Source of the DNA: Synechococcus elongatus PCC 6301
GTDB taxonomy: Bacteria; Cyanobacteriota; Cyanobacteriia; Synechococcales; Synechococcaceae
Length of the DNA stretch: 32,000 bases
Assembly (NCBI RefSeq): GCF_000010065.1
Contig: NC_006576.1
Span: forward strand, 1,950,001-1,982,000
Direction of reading: 5' to 3'
This document shows, piece after piece, positions 19,788 to 29,821 of the stretch (the first letter of the stretch is position 1; every line of letters starts with the position of its first letter). A model generated the notes under the pieces. It was not told the origin of the DNA and did not search any database. It saw nothing but the letters and a program-made list of their open reading frames with translations. The position numbers and the translations under genes are program-made.

Positions 19788-21935
19788 TCAACCCTTACTC
19801 GTACTAGCATCGGCGTAGAGAGCAGCGGCTGCCCGATGATTTTCGATGATGCGATCGCACAGCTCTGTCGGGCCGAGGACCTTAACTTCACCCCCCATGC
19901 CCATAATCCAGTTTTTGAGGGTGACCTCTTGAATCGACCAAGCAGGGAGCCAGACTTTCATTTGATAGGGATGGGTCGGATCGGCTGCTTTGGGCAGGCT
20001 GTAGATTTTCTTGAGGCCCGGCAGTGCGGTGAGGAGATGCCGATCGGGCGGCAGCGTCATTTTGACTTGTCCATCGGGAAAGCGCTGTGTGCCTTCACTG
20101 ACGAAGCGAAATAAGCGCTCGCTAAAGCGTAATTCGAGTACCTGCATCAGCTTGAGCCGGGCGGCCAAGGTCTTAATTTGCAGGAGGGCTTGTTGGGGTG
20201 CAACGGCCCCGCCGAGATACAACCCATAGCTTTGGCTGCGCAGCAGTTCAAGGGAATCGAGCGATCGCTTTTGCTCGGCGTGACTGCGGGGCTTGCCAAC
20301 AGGACCGCTCTGATACAGGCGATCGAGCCGTTCGTAGCAATACAGTCCTTTCTGGTCCCCTTCAGCCAGTTCATAGCCGAGATACCAGGCAATATTGTGG
20401 AAGACTATTTGCAAAGGCCAAATAATCTTTTCCGAGTCGGGTTGTTCTTGATATTGTCCAGCGCCTTTAAAGCGTCCCACACGAATTGCTTGGCCAGAGC
20501 GGATTGCTTGCTCTAGTTTCTGGCTCTCGTCCGCAGTGGCTAAGGATTGATTGCTTAGCAGGTCCGAGTTAACGATATTACCGCCAGCAATCGATCGCAC
20601 TGGGTAGAGATTCTTGAGGTCAAAGCGAGCCCACTCCAAGCCTTGACGAAGACGATTGACCGCACGAGTTTCGATGGGGTTATCTAAACTCAGAACTTGT
20701 TTATCGACCAACTGGTAGATTTGCAGAAGGTCATCACGGTTGAGAATTCCAGTTCCTAAGTAGTAGCCTCTGCGCATGGTAGCCTCCGGGAAGATTCGAT
20801 AGGGGTGTAAAACCCATTCAATGTCTTTGCGGAGCATGCCTTGCTCCGTAGAACTAACTAAAATACGAGCGCCAATTAATTGATCGGCCAAGATGTCTAT
20901 CCGTCTCCGCTGGGGATTGAGCAACTTGTCTTGAAGGTGATGTTCCTCTTGGGTCAGTGGGTTCTGGATGATATAGCGGATTGTTTTGAACAGTCGCTTA
21001 AAGGTATCCCAATCGCTGTAGTGATGAAAAAATAGGGGTTCGCCAGAGTCAATGAAAGAGGGCTGTGTTAATTCATGAAAGCTGACATCACTGCCCAGAA
21101 AACCCTCAGATTCTAACCAGTCTAGATCTGCTGCGATCGCTTCTGAATCGCAATAGATTTCACCATGCTGAGCCCCTAAAATGGCTGCAATTTCTGCAAT
21201 AGAATCTTGAAAGTTAGGTTGCTCTTGCGTCTTTAATAGTTGTTGCAATAATTCAGGCTGTTGCTCTTGCAGACTGCCGATGCCAGGATAGCAGCTTAAC
21301 AGTGCAATCAAGTGCAGTAGTCTGTCAAAATCACGCAAGCGAGAGTAACGATGTCGTTCGATTTTTCCGTAGCGATTTTCGTGGTTAACCGCACTGCGTC
21401 GACACTTCTTAAGTTGTTCTTGAATGGTGTTGGATAGATTGGGGTTTTTGACCGGATCAATGCTGGCAATCCCCACAAAGCCCTCGCCCTGCATTGGTTT
21501 GAGCTGTCGCTGATAGGCATGAAAGTTCTCGATCACAGCTTCAGGCACTTGCCGCGATCGCTGTTGATTCCAAGCTTTGCAGGTCTTTAAGTCAGTCTTC
21601 AGCTCCCAGCCAATCCAGCTCAAACCATGAACTTGTAATTTCTGCAAGAAGCCCATGCGCCAAGCGCGTTTGACGTTGGTCGCGTCGTAGATAATTGCTT
21701 TCTGAGCGAGCACCGCTTCCTGAATTTGGCGCTGAAGTTCTGCTTCTATTTCAGCCCAAGGTCCTTGAACGGCTGCATCTCCATACAGTCGTTCACGAAT
21801 GCCATCAGTAGAGATGATGACCGCTGCCCCTAGTTCCTGTTGCAATGCTCTGGCAAACGTGGTTTTGCCACTGGCGGGTGGGCCAATCAAGAGATGGTTC
21901 CAAGGTAAGTCGGGGGCACTCAGCACAATCAGCAT
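19788..21935 (-). CDS. P-loop kinase (polynucleotide-kinase-like) with C-terminal WYL domain
   Basis: Walker A GPPASGKTTFARALQ and IIYDATNVKRAWR at the N-terminus. C-terminal IRVGRFKGAGQYQEQPDSEKIIWPLQIVFHNIAWYLGYEL...YCYERLDRLY resembles WYL. ATG at 21935 (MLIVLSAPD...), with the ORF extending to 21983. Confidence 0.78.
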   Translation of the reverse strand: MLIVLSAPDLPWNHLLIGPPASGKTTFARALQQELGAAVIISTDGIRERLYGDAAVQGPWAEIEAELQRQIQEAVLAQKAIIYDATNVKRAWRMGFLQKLQVHGLSWIGWELKTDLKTCKAWNQQRSRQVPEAVIENFHAYQRQLKPMQGEGFVGIASIDPVKNPNLSNTIQEQLKKCRRSAVNHENRYGKIERHRYSRLRDFDRLLHLIALLSCYPGIGSLQEQQPELLQQLLKTQEQPNFQDSIAEIAAILGAQHGEIYCDSEAIAADLDWLESEGFLGSDVSFHELTQPSFIDSGEPLFFHHYSDWDTFKRLFKTIRYIIQNPLTQEEHHLQDKLLNPQRRRIDILADQLIGARILVSSTEQGMLRKDIEWVLHPYRIFPEATMRRGYYLGTGILNRDDLLQIYQLVDKQVLSLDNPIETRAVNRLRQGLEWARFDLKNLYPVRSIAGGNIVNSDLLSNQSLATADESQKLEQAIRSGQAIRVGRFKGAGQYQEQPDSEKIIWPLQIVFHNIAWYLGYELAEGDQKGLYCYERLDRLYQSGPVGKPRSHAEQKRSLDSLELLRSQSYGLYLGGAVAPQQALLQIKTLAARLKLMQVLELRFSERLFRFVSEGTQRFPDGQVKMTLPPDRHLLTALPGLKKIYSLPKAADPTHPYQMKVWLPAWSIQEVTLKNWIMGMGGEVKVLGPTELCDRIIENHRAAAALYADASTSKG

Positions 21936-22091
21936 GGGTAGGTTGGACGTCTTAACCCTGGCAGAGCCGGACTCACATGCCAAGGTTTGCCATGCGAATG
22001 ATGAATCACAGAAATCGATATTCGCATCAACTCGATTCTAGAACGGCTGTCTACTGCCCATACTCAGGCCATATTCATCCCGGCTCAAAAA

Positions 22092-22421
22092 ATGACTGAC
22101 TCTTTGCCCGCCTTGCACTGCCCTTTCTGTGGCTTGCCTGTCCACACCGATCAATCGCACTGCCCCCACGTGCGCTTTATCTATTCCTTCGATCGCGCCC
22201 AATTCCATTTTCTGTCGCCTGATCTGGCTGCCGCGATCGCTCAGGCAGAACAACAGCAAGAAGGTTGTGCAGATGCCGAATGGCAATCACCGCCTGAACT
22301 GGCACAAAACCTGTTGTTGCAACGGCCGCAAGCAGCAGTTCTCGATCTGCAGTTGCGGCTACGGAGCTGGGCAGGTTGGTTGGTTGGGGTTGAACAATCT
22401 GCGATCGCCAGTGCGGAATAG
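22092..22421 (+). CDS. Small hypothetical protein with Cys/His zinc-ribbon-like motif
   Basis: ALHCPFCGLPVHTDQSHCPHVRFIYSFDRAQFHFLSPDLAAAIAQ: CPFC...C..H arrangement. 109 aa ORF starting ATG, opposite strand to the WYL protein. Confidence 0.6.
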   Translation: MTDSLPALHCPFCGLPVHTDQSHCPHVRFIYSFDRAQFHFLSPDLAAAIAQAEQQQEGCADAEWQSPPELAQNLLLQRPQAAVLDLQLRLRSWAGWLVGVEQSAIASAE

Positions 22422-22693
22422 CGGTTTGGATGCCTGAATTGTGGGGTTTGCCTGTGGTTGCGATCGCCCCTAGTTGCTCCGGCAATCAAGTCTGCCGTTT
22501 TGGGCTGCTATCAGTCAGCGGCAAAAATCTTACTGATTCCAACTCACATCCTTGTTGGCGATCGGGCCAAGGATCCCGCCAAAGCTTGGGGAACTTCTCT
22601 GCTGCACCCAGCAAACTTTCCAGACTTTAGGTTGCTGCATCCTCACTGGAACAGACCGCTACAACATAATTGAGAACTTTCGGAGAAATATCC

Positions 22694-23146
22694 GTGAGCC
22701 TTGCCAAACGCCTGCGCCAAACCTTGGCTAATGCTCAAACTTTTGAACAGCAACGGATTCATGCTGAGGCTCAGTTAGCAGCGGCGGCCGCTCAGCTAGC
22801 CGAGCTATCGGAAGTGGCGATCGGAACCCTAGAAACCGCCATGACTCCGCTGCCCGTGTCGCGTCTGACGGTGGCGGATTTGAAGCAGCGCTATGGCTCC
22901 TATCAAGGTTGCCGCCGCGCTGCCGCCCAGTTAGGAATTCGCTTTCCTAAAACCCCCTCTTGGGAACAGTTAGCGATCGCGCTTTCCCATGTCGGTGCGC
23001 TAAAAGCCTTTTGGCAGCAGTACTGTCTCGATCATCCTGAGTTGGCAGAGGTCAGTCTTTGTCTAGAACTCAAGAGCCTAGCCCCATTGGCATCTGCTCT
23101 CGGGGTGACGGCTCAAGGACTAGCGATTCCCGTAAACAAAGCGTAG
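22694..23146 (+). CDS. Hypothetical protein
   Basis: GTG start VSLAKRLRQTLANAQTFEQQ... (ORF extends to TTG 22670). Helical N-terminus, then RLTVADLKQRYGSYQGCRRAAAQLGIRFPKTPSWEQL. Confidence 0.65.
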   Translation: MSLAKRLRQTLANAQTFEQQRIHAEAQLAAAAAQLAELSEVAIGTLETAMTPLPVSRLTVADLKQRYGSYQGCRRAAAQLGIRFPKTPSWEQLAIALSHVGALKAFWQQYCLDHPELAEVSLCLELKSLAPLASALGVTAQGLAIPVNKA

Positions 23147-23205
23147 TCTGGCGGTGCTGCCTCAGTCGGCAAACAGCAACCTAATTTTGTGGTCATTTTT
23201 CTTTT

Positions 23206-23337
23206 ATGGATCCCCAGGTCGAGAAGCAGCTCAGCGATCTTGTCGGAACCGTGAAGTTTCTGTTGCAAGATACGAGGCAACTGGCCAAAACCGTTCAAGC
23301 GCTGGAGGAAGACCTCGCGGAGACCCGCGATCGCTGA
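23206..23337 (+). CDS. Possible 43 aa small protein with coiled-coil character
   Basis: ATG at 23206 to TGA at 23335-23337: MDPQVEKQLSDLVGTVKFLLQDTRQLAKTVQALEEDLAETRDR. Below the 60 aa cut-off of the supplied ORF track. Confidence 0.45.
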   Translation: MDPQVEKQLSDLVGTVKFLLQDTRQLAKTVQALEEDLAETRDR

Positions 23338-23373
23338 GACTGGCTGCAAGCTTGGCGGGGCGATCGCGACTGA

Positions 23374-23446
23374 CGCCTCAGGTTGGGATCGAACCAACGA
23401 CCGACCGCTTAGAAGGCGGGTGCTCTATCCACTGAGCTACTGAGGC
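23374..23446 (-). tRNA. trnR-UCU: tRNA-Arg (anticodon UCU)
   Basis: Reverse complement GCCTCAGTAGCTCAGTGGATAGAGCACCCGCCTTCTAAGCGGTCGGTCGTTGGTTCGATCCCAACCTGAGGCG folds as a cloverleaf: acceptor GCCTCAG/CTGAGGC, D-stem GCTC/GAGC, anticodon loop CTTCTAA, T-arm GTTGG-TTCGATC-CCAAC. Confidence 0.95.
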
Positions 23447-24031
23447 AATCTGTCTATTCTCGCCTGTTGTCTGCTTCTGCTCAAGTCCAGCGATCAAGCC
23501 GCTCTTCAGTAAAAACAGGAGGGGTGATAGCTTGTCCTGACCACTTATTACCATGGTTACAGCTTTATAACAGGTATAGGTTGGGCAAATTTAGCAACAG
23601 TAATATTCACCAGCTAACGGTTGCTTATCCTCACAAGGGCGTCTCCGTAAATGAAGGTCACTCAAGAGCCAATCACGCTCGACTTGCTTCGGGATTTTGA
23701 GCAATATTTTATTCGTCGACCTAAACAGAAAAATATCCCTTTGTAATATCTAACTGTGCAAGCCTTGCTTCAGTCATCAATGCCAACGGCGCGATGGCCA
23801 GAGTGGGTCTTGTCCTATGAAGACAGTCCAGATTTTCCCGCTTTTGAAGCTTATTATGATGAGTTGGTGCTGCCCTTCAAATTAGGGTTGATTTAACTCT
23901 CGTGAGGGCCCATCAATGCACGTTTGAGCATGTTGCTGGCCTGCAACTTGAGAACTGGCCCAATAACAAATCTGCTTGAAGCTGAGACTCACCTCAAGCA
24001 GATAGATGCCAAGGTTTTGCTGTGATCGCCT

Positions 24032-26089
<2,058 letters not shown>

Positions 26090-26107
26090 TCAGGATAAGA
26101 CGCCAGC

Positions 26108-26875
26108 TTACAGCTCTACTACCGGAATCTCGTCCCAACTGGCGATCGCAAGGGTGAGATCGGGGTTAGGCCAGCAGCGATCGCGTTCCTCACAGGTCTG
26201 GCAGCGCTGCAGGCGATCGGGTCGTTGGGGCAAGGACGTTTCTGGGTAAGCCTGCAGCCAGCCTTTGAATTCTTGCAAACTCTTCTCGAGCTGTTGCTGG
26301 GTTTGCTGGTGTTGTTGCTGATTCCAGTGAATCGTGACCGGTTGCTGGGGCTGACTGCGCACAAACCAGTAGTGCATCGATACGGCTTCCGGTGGTAGGC
26401 CACTGCGCTCCGTCACCAGCCAGCAGTAGAGCTGGGTTTGCCAAGTGGCGGTGAGCGTTTCCAGTGTCTGTGGACGGTTGTGGGTTTTCCAGTCGTGAAT
26501 TTGGGCGGCACGATCGCTCAATTCCAGTCGGTCAAAAATAGCGACCAGCACGAAGTCTTGAAACGGCCACTGCCAGCGGCATTCTGTCTGTCGGTGCCAG
26601 CTTGCTGGGGGTAGCGCAAACAGTTGCGGTTGAGCTGCAGCAAAATCGGCCAGGCACTGATCCAAACTACGATCGCCGGTCTGCAGCTGATCGATCGGAA
26701 TCCCTAAAGCCTGCTGCTGCATCAAACGGTGAAAGCGGCGACCCCACTCCAAGCGCTGACGGAGATCGTGCTGAAACCACCGCCCCGATAGTTCCAGCGC
26801 CTCCACTTGGAACAAACGCGGGCAATCCTGCAGGCGTTGCAGCGTACTTTGAGAAAGGGCTGGATAGTCGCTCAT
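26108..26875 (-). CDS. PD-(D/E)XK nuclease-like protein (Cas4/RecB-type fold)
   Basis: LSQSTLQRLQDCPRLFQVEAL, RRFHRLMQQQALG, FQDFVLVAIFDRLELSDRAAQIHDWKTHNRPQTLETLTATWQTQLYCWLV, with the DRLE...IHDWKT core. Confidence 0.8.
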   Translation of the reverse strand: MSDYPALSQSTLQRLQDCPRLFQVEALELSGRWFQHDLRQRLEWGRRFHRLMQQQALGIPIDQLQTGDRSLDQCLADFAAAQPQLFALPPASWHRQTECRWQWPFQDFVLVAIFDRLELSDRAAQIHDWKTHNRPQTLETLTATWQTQLYCWLVTERSGLPPEAVSMHYWFVRSQPQQPVTIHWNQQQHQQTQQQLEKSLQEFKGWLQAYPETSLPQRPDRLQRCQTCEERDRCWPNPDLTLAIASWDEIPVVEL

Positions 26876-26901
26876 TGCTCACTCCCTCGCAAACCGCAAC
26901 T

Positions 26902-27432
26902 GTGGCCATTCTAGAAAGGACTGATTGGACCGCCATTGCAGTTGCCCTCGGCAGTAACTTGGGGAACCGTGTCAAGCACCTTCAGCAGGCGATCGCTCAG
27001 CTTGCAGCCTTATCTAGCATTCGCCGGCTACAAGTCTCGCCGGTCTACCAAACACCGCCAGTTGGCCCTCCGCAACCGGATTACTACAATGCTTGCGCGA
27101 TCGCAGAAACCTGTCTGGCACCACACGATCTGTTGCAACAACTGCAGGCGATCGAAGCGGCGGCAGGACGGGAACGGTTGCAACATTGGGGGCCGCGCAC
27201 ATTGGACCTCGATCTGCTGCTCTATGGCGATCGCCAGATTCAAACGCCCGACTTGACGGTGCCGCATCCTTACCTGACCCAGCGAGCTTTTGTCCTGATC
27301 CCCCTGGCTGCGATCGCTCCAGATTGGGTTGAACCCGTCACTGGAGAAGCGATCGCGACCTTGGCGCAACGGCTGGACTCAACTGGAATCGAGCGACTCG
27401 GTAGCATGGAAGCGTTGGCCGAGAGCCCCTAA
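26902..27432 (+). CDS. folK: 2-amino-4-hydroxy-6-hydroxymethyldihydropteridine pyrophosphokinase
   Basis: AIAVALGSNLGNRVKHLQQAI, SPVYQTPPVGPPQPDYYNACAIAET, GRERLQHWGPRTLDLDLLLYGD, VPHPYLTQRAFVLIPLAAIAPDW. Probable GTG start at 26902; upstream part of the ORF is antisense to the nuclease gene. Confidence 0.95.
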   Translation: MAILERTDWTAIAVALGSNLGNRVKHLQQAIAQLAALSSIRRLQVSPVYQTPPVGPPQPDYYNACAIAETCLAPHDLLQQLQAIEAAAGRERLQHWGPRTLDLDLLLYGDRQIQTPDLTVPHPYLTQRAFVLIPLAAIAPDWVEPVTGEAIATLAQRLDSTGIERLGSMEALAESP

Positions 27433-27983
27433 TGGATCGCACCCCGCCGGAAATTCTGCGTCAGACCCTCTCCTATCGCAGCCGAAAATTCGACTTTGAA
27501 GTGAATCAACTGCGCCTGCCCAATCAAGTTGAGGGGGAATGGGCCTGTATTCGGCATCCAGGCGGGGCGCTAGCGGTACCAGTTTTGCCAGATGGTCGTT
27601 TGGTGCTGGTGCGTCAATATCGCTTTGCCGCAGAAGGTTGGCTCTTAGAATTTCCAGCCGGAACCGTCGAAGATCATGAAGATCCAGCCGCTACGATCGC
27701 TCGCGAAATTGAAGAAGAAACGGGTTATCGCGCTGGCACGTGGCAACACCTCGGAGACTTTTTCCTTGCACCAGGCTATTCCGATGAGGTGATTTACGCC
27801 TATCTTGCCACTGACTTAGAGAAGCTAGAACATCCGCCGGCGGGAGATGAAGATGAAGATATTGAAGTGTTGGCTTTGACCCCTGAAGAGTTGATCGCAG
27901 CCATTCGCGACGGGGAGCCAGTCGATGCAAAAACGGTGACGGCTTTTTGGCTTTATCAACAGCTAAACTCAGCCGAATTGTAA
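27432..27983 (+). CDS. NUDIX hydrolase, ADP-ribose pyrophosphatase-like
   Basis: EFPAGTVEDHEDPAATIAREIEEETGYRAGTW matches the NUDIX box GX5EX7REUXEEXGU. Confidence 0.92.
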   Translation: MDRTPPEILRQTLSYRSRKFDFEVNQLRLPNQVEGEWACIRHPGGALAVPVLPDGRLVLVRQYRFAAEGWLLEFPAGTVEDHEDPAATIAREIEEETGYRAGTWQHLGDFFLAPGYSDEVIYAYLATDLEKLEHPPAGDEDEDIEVLALTPEELIAAIRDGEPVDAKTVTAFWLYQQLNSAEL

Positions 27984-28020
27984 TTATCGGCAACCTCAAG
28001 GGGTATGAAGTGAATTGGGA

Positions 28021-29055
28021 ATGATGCTGGACGATTGGTTTGCTGAAATTGCGGCGCTCCAAGCCTGCCATTCGCCCAGTGGTTGGGAGGGCGAGATTGA
28101 CACTTATCTCCAGCAGCGTTTTCAGGCTGTGGGGTGCAGCCCTGAGCAAGATGAAGCGGGCAATCTGATTGTGCGGATTGAAGGCGATCGCCCGGAGGTG
28201 ATTGCAGTCACGGCTCACAAGGACGAAATCGGCATGATTGTCGAGGCGATCGCGCCGGAGGGTCGGGTGCGGGTCAATCGACTGGGCGGCTCCTATCCCT
28301 GGATTTACGGTGAAGGGCCGGTGGAGTTGCTGGGCGATGGCGCGATCGTGCCTGGCATCCTTAGTTTCGGGTCGCGCCATATTTCCCACGCTTCGCCCCA
28401 AAAAGCCTTGCAGGTAGATAAAGCGCTGACGTGGCCCGATACATGGATTGAGACGAAACAGTCACTGGAAGCATTGCAAGCTGCTGGTGTACGGCCTGGA
28501 ACTCGCGTGGTAGTCAGCCGCGATCGCAAACGACCGCAGCGGCTAGGGCAACACATCGCCGGCTATGCCCTCGACAACAAAGCCTCGCTAGCCATTCTGC
28601 TGGATTTGGCTGCGCAGCTAAAACGACCGCGCTACACCGTTCATCTGATCGCCTCAGCCAAAGAGGAAGTTGGTGCAGTCGGTGCCCTGTTCCATAGTCA
28701 ACGCCAGCGGTTAGCTGCTTTGATTGCGCTGGAAATCATTCCGGTTGCGCCGGAATACCCGATCGCTGCCAGTGAAGCGCCGGTTTTGCTCTCTCAAGAT
28801 GCCTATGGGCTCTACGATGAAGACCTAAATCGAGCGTTACGGCAGGCCGCGATCGCAATCGATTTGCCAATTCAAGAAGCGATTCTGCAGGGCTTTGGTA
28901 GCGACGGCTCGATCGCCATGAAATTTGGCCATGTTCCCCGTGCCGCCTGCCTAGGCTTTGCCACCGATAACACCCATGGCTATGAAATTGCCGACCTCGC
29001 TGCGATCGCCCACTGTAGTCGCTGGCTGCAGCAGTACCTCCAGCCACAGCAGTAG
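28021..29055 (+). CDS. M42 family aminopeptidase/cellulase-like metallopeptidase
   Basis: PSGWEGEIDTYLQQRF, VIAVTAHKDEIGMIVEAIAPEGRVRVNRLGG, YALDNKASLAILLDLAAQL, TVHLIASAKEEVGAVGAL. Start ATG at 28021 or 28024. Confidence 0.88.
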   Translation: MMLDDWFAEIAALQACHSPSGWEGEIDTYLQQRFQAVGCSPEQDEAGNLIVRIEGDRPEVIAVTAHKDEIGMIVEAIAPEGRVRVNRLGGSYPWIYGEGPVELLGDGAIVPGILSFGSRHISHASPQKALQVDKALTWPDTWIETKQSLEALQAAGVRPGTRVVVSRDRKRPQRLGQHIAGYALDNKASLAILLDLAAQLKRPRYTVHLIASAKEEVGAVGALFHSQRQRLAALIALEIIPVAPEYPIAASEAPVLLSQDAYGLYDEDLNRALRQAAIAIDLPIQEAILQGFGSDGSIAMKFGHVPRAACLGFATDNTHGYEIADLAAIAHCSRWLQQYLQPQQ

Positions 29056-29083
29056 GATTGAGAGCGAATCAAGGTCGCGGTGA

Positions 29084-29821
29084 ATGACAGCAGAACCGGC
29101 GAAGGGGCCGCAAGCAGAGGATTGGGATGATTGGGTCGATGCGGATCCAGAGTCGGCAACAGCGCTGACGCCCGCCGCGATCGCAGCCCGCACAGAACCT
29201 CAAGGTCCTCTGGCGCTGGTGGAAACCGCGTTTATGGCCAGCGCCGCCGCACTACTGTGGTTGGTCAATTACTTCTTCCCGCTCGGCCCTGTCCTGCGAG
29301 TCCTGTTCCCGTTACCGATCGCCTTGCTCTACCGCCGCTGGGGTCTACGCAGCGCTTGGTTAGGCGCGATCGTCGCCAGTCTGTTGCTGTTTGTTTTGCT
29401 TGGCCCGACGCGCGGCATTCTCTTCTTGTTGCCGCCGGGCTGTCTGGGGGTCCTCTTGGGTTGCTGTTGGCAACGGCGGCTCTCTTGGGGTTGGTCGATT
29501 CTGCTGGGCGGTGGCCTCGAGACGATCGGTTTCTTCTTCCGCCTGTGGGTGCTGTCCGTGCTGTTGGGCGAAGACATCTGGACCTATGTGACCGCCCAAG
29601 CCACCGGCTTTCTAGAGTGGCTGACGGGGGTGCTGGGTTGGTTAGTCCAGATACCGCTCTCGACGGTGCAAGCAGTCGCCTTTGCGATGATCACCCTCAG
29701 CAGTTTGCTCTACATTCTGGTGGTGCATGGGGTGGCTTGGGTGCTGTTCCGCCGCTTGGGAACGCCCATCCCCGCGCCGCCCCATTGGCTCCAGACGGTT
29801 CTCGATCTCGATGCGGACTGA
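29084..29821 (+). CDS. DUF2232-like integral membrane protein
   Basis: Multi-TM protein, ALVETAFMASAAALLWLVNYFFPLGPVLRVLFPLPIALLYRRWGLRSAWLGAIVASLLLFVLLGPTRGILFLLPPGCLGVLLGC. Confidence 0.8.
   Translation: MTAEPAKGPQAEDWDDWVDADPESATALTPAAIAARTEPQGPLALVETAFMASAAALLWLVNYFFPLGPVLRVLFPLPIALLYRRWGLRSAWLGAIVASLLLFVLLGPTRGILFLLPPGCLGVLLGCCWQRRLSWGWSILLGGGLETIGFFFRLWVLSVLLGEDIWTYVTAQATGFLEWLTGVLGWLVQIPLSTVQAVAFAMITLSSLLYILVVHGVAWVLFRRLGTPIPAPPHWLQTVLDLDAD

Noticed and set aside
23154-23435. 93 aa ORF ending VGIEPTTDRLEGGCSIH
   Set aside because: Its 3' part is the antisense of tRNA-Arg(UCU), a common spurious ORF signature. The region is better explained by the tRNA and the 43 aa small ORF.
26602-26901. 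N-terminal extension of the folK ORF
   Set aside because: Antisense to the PD-(D/E)XK gene with no FolK similarity. A GTG at 26902 precedes the conserved ALGSNLG motif.
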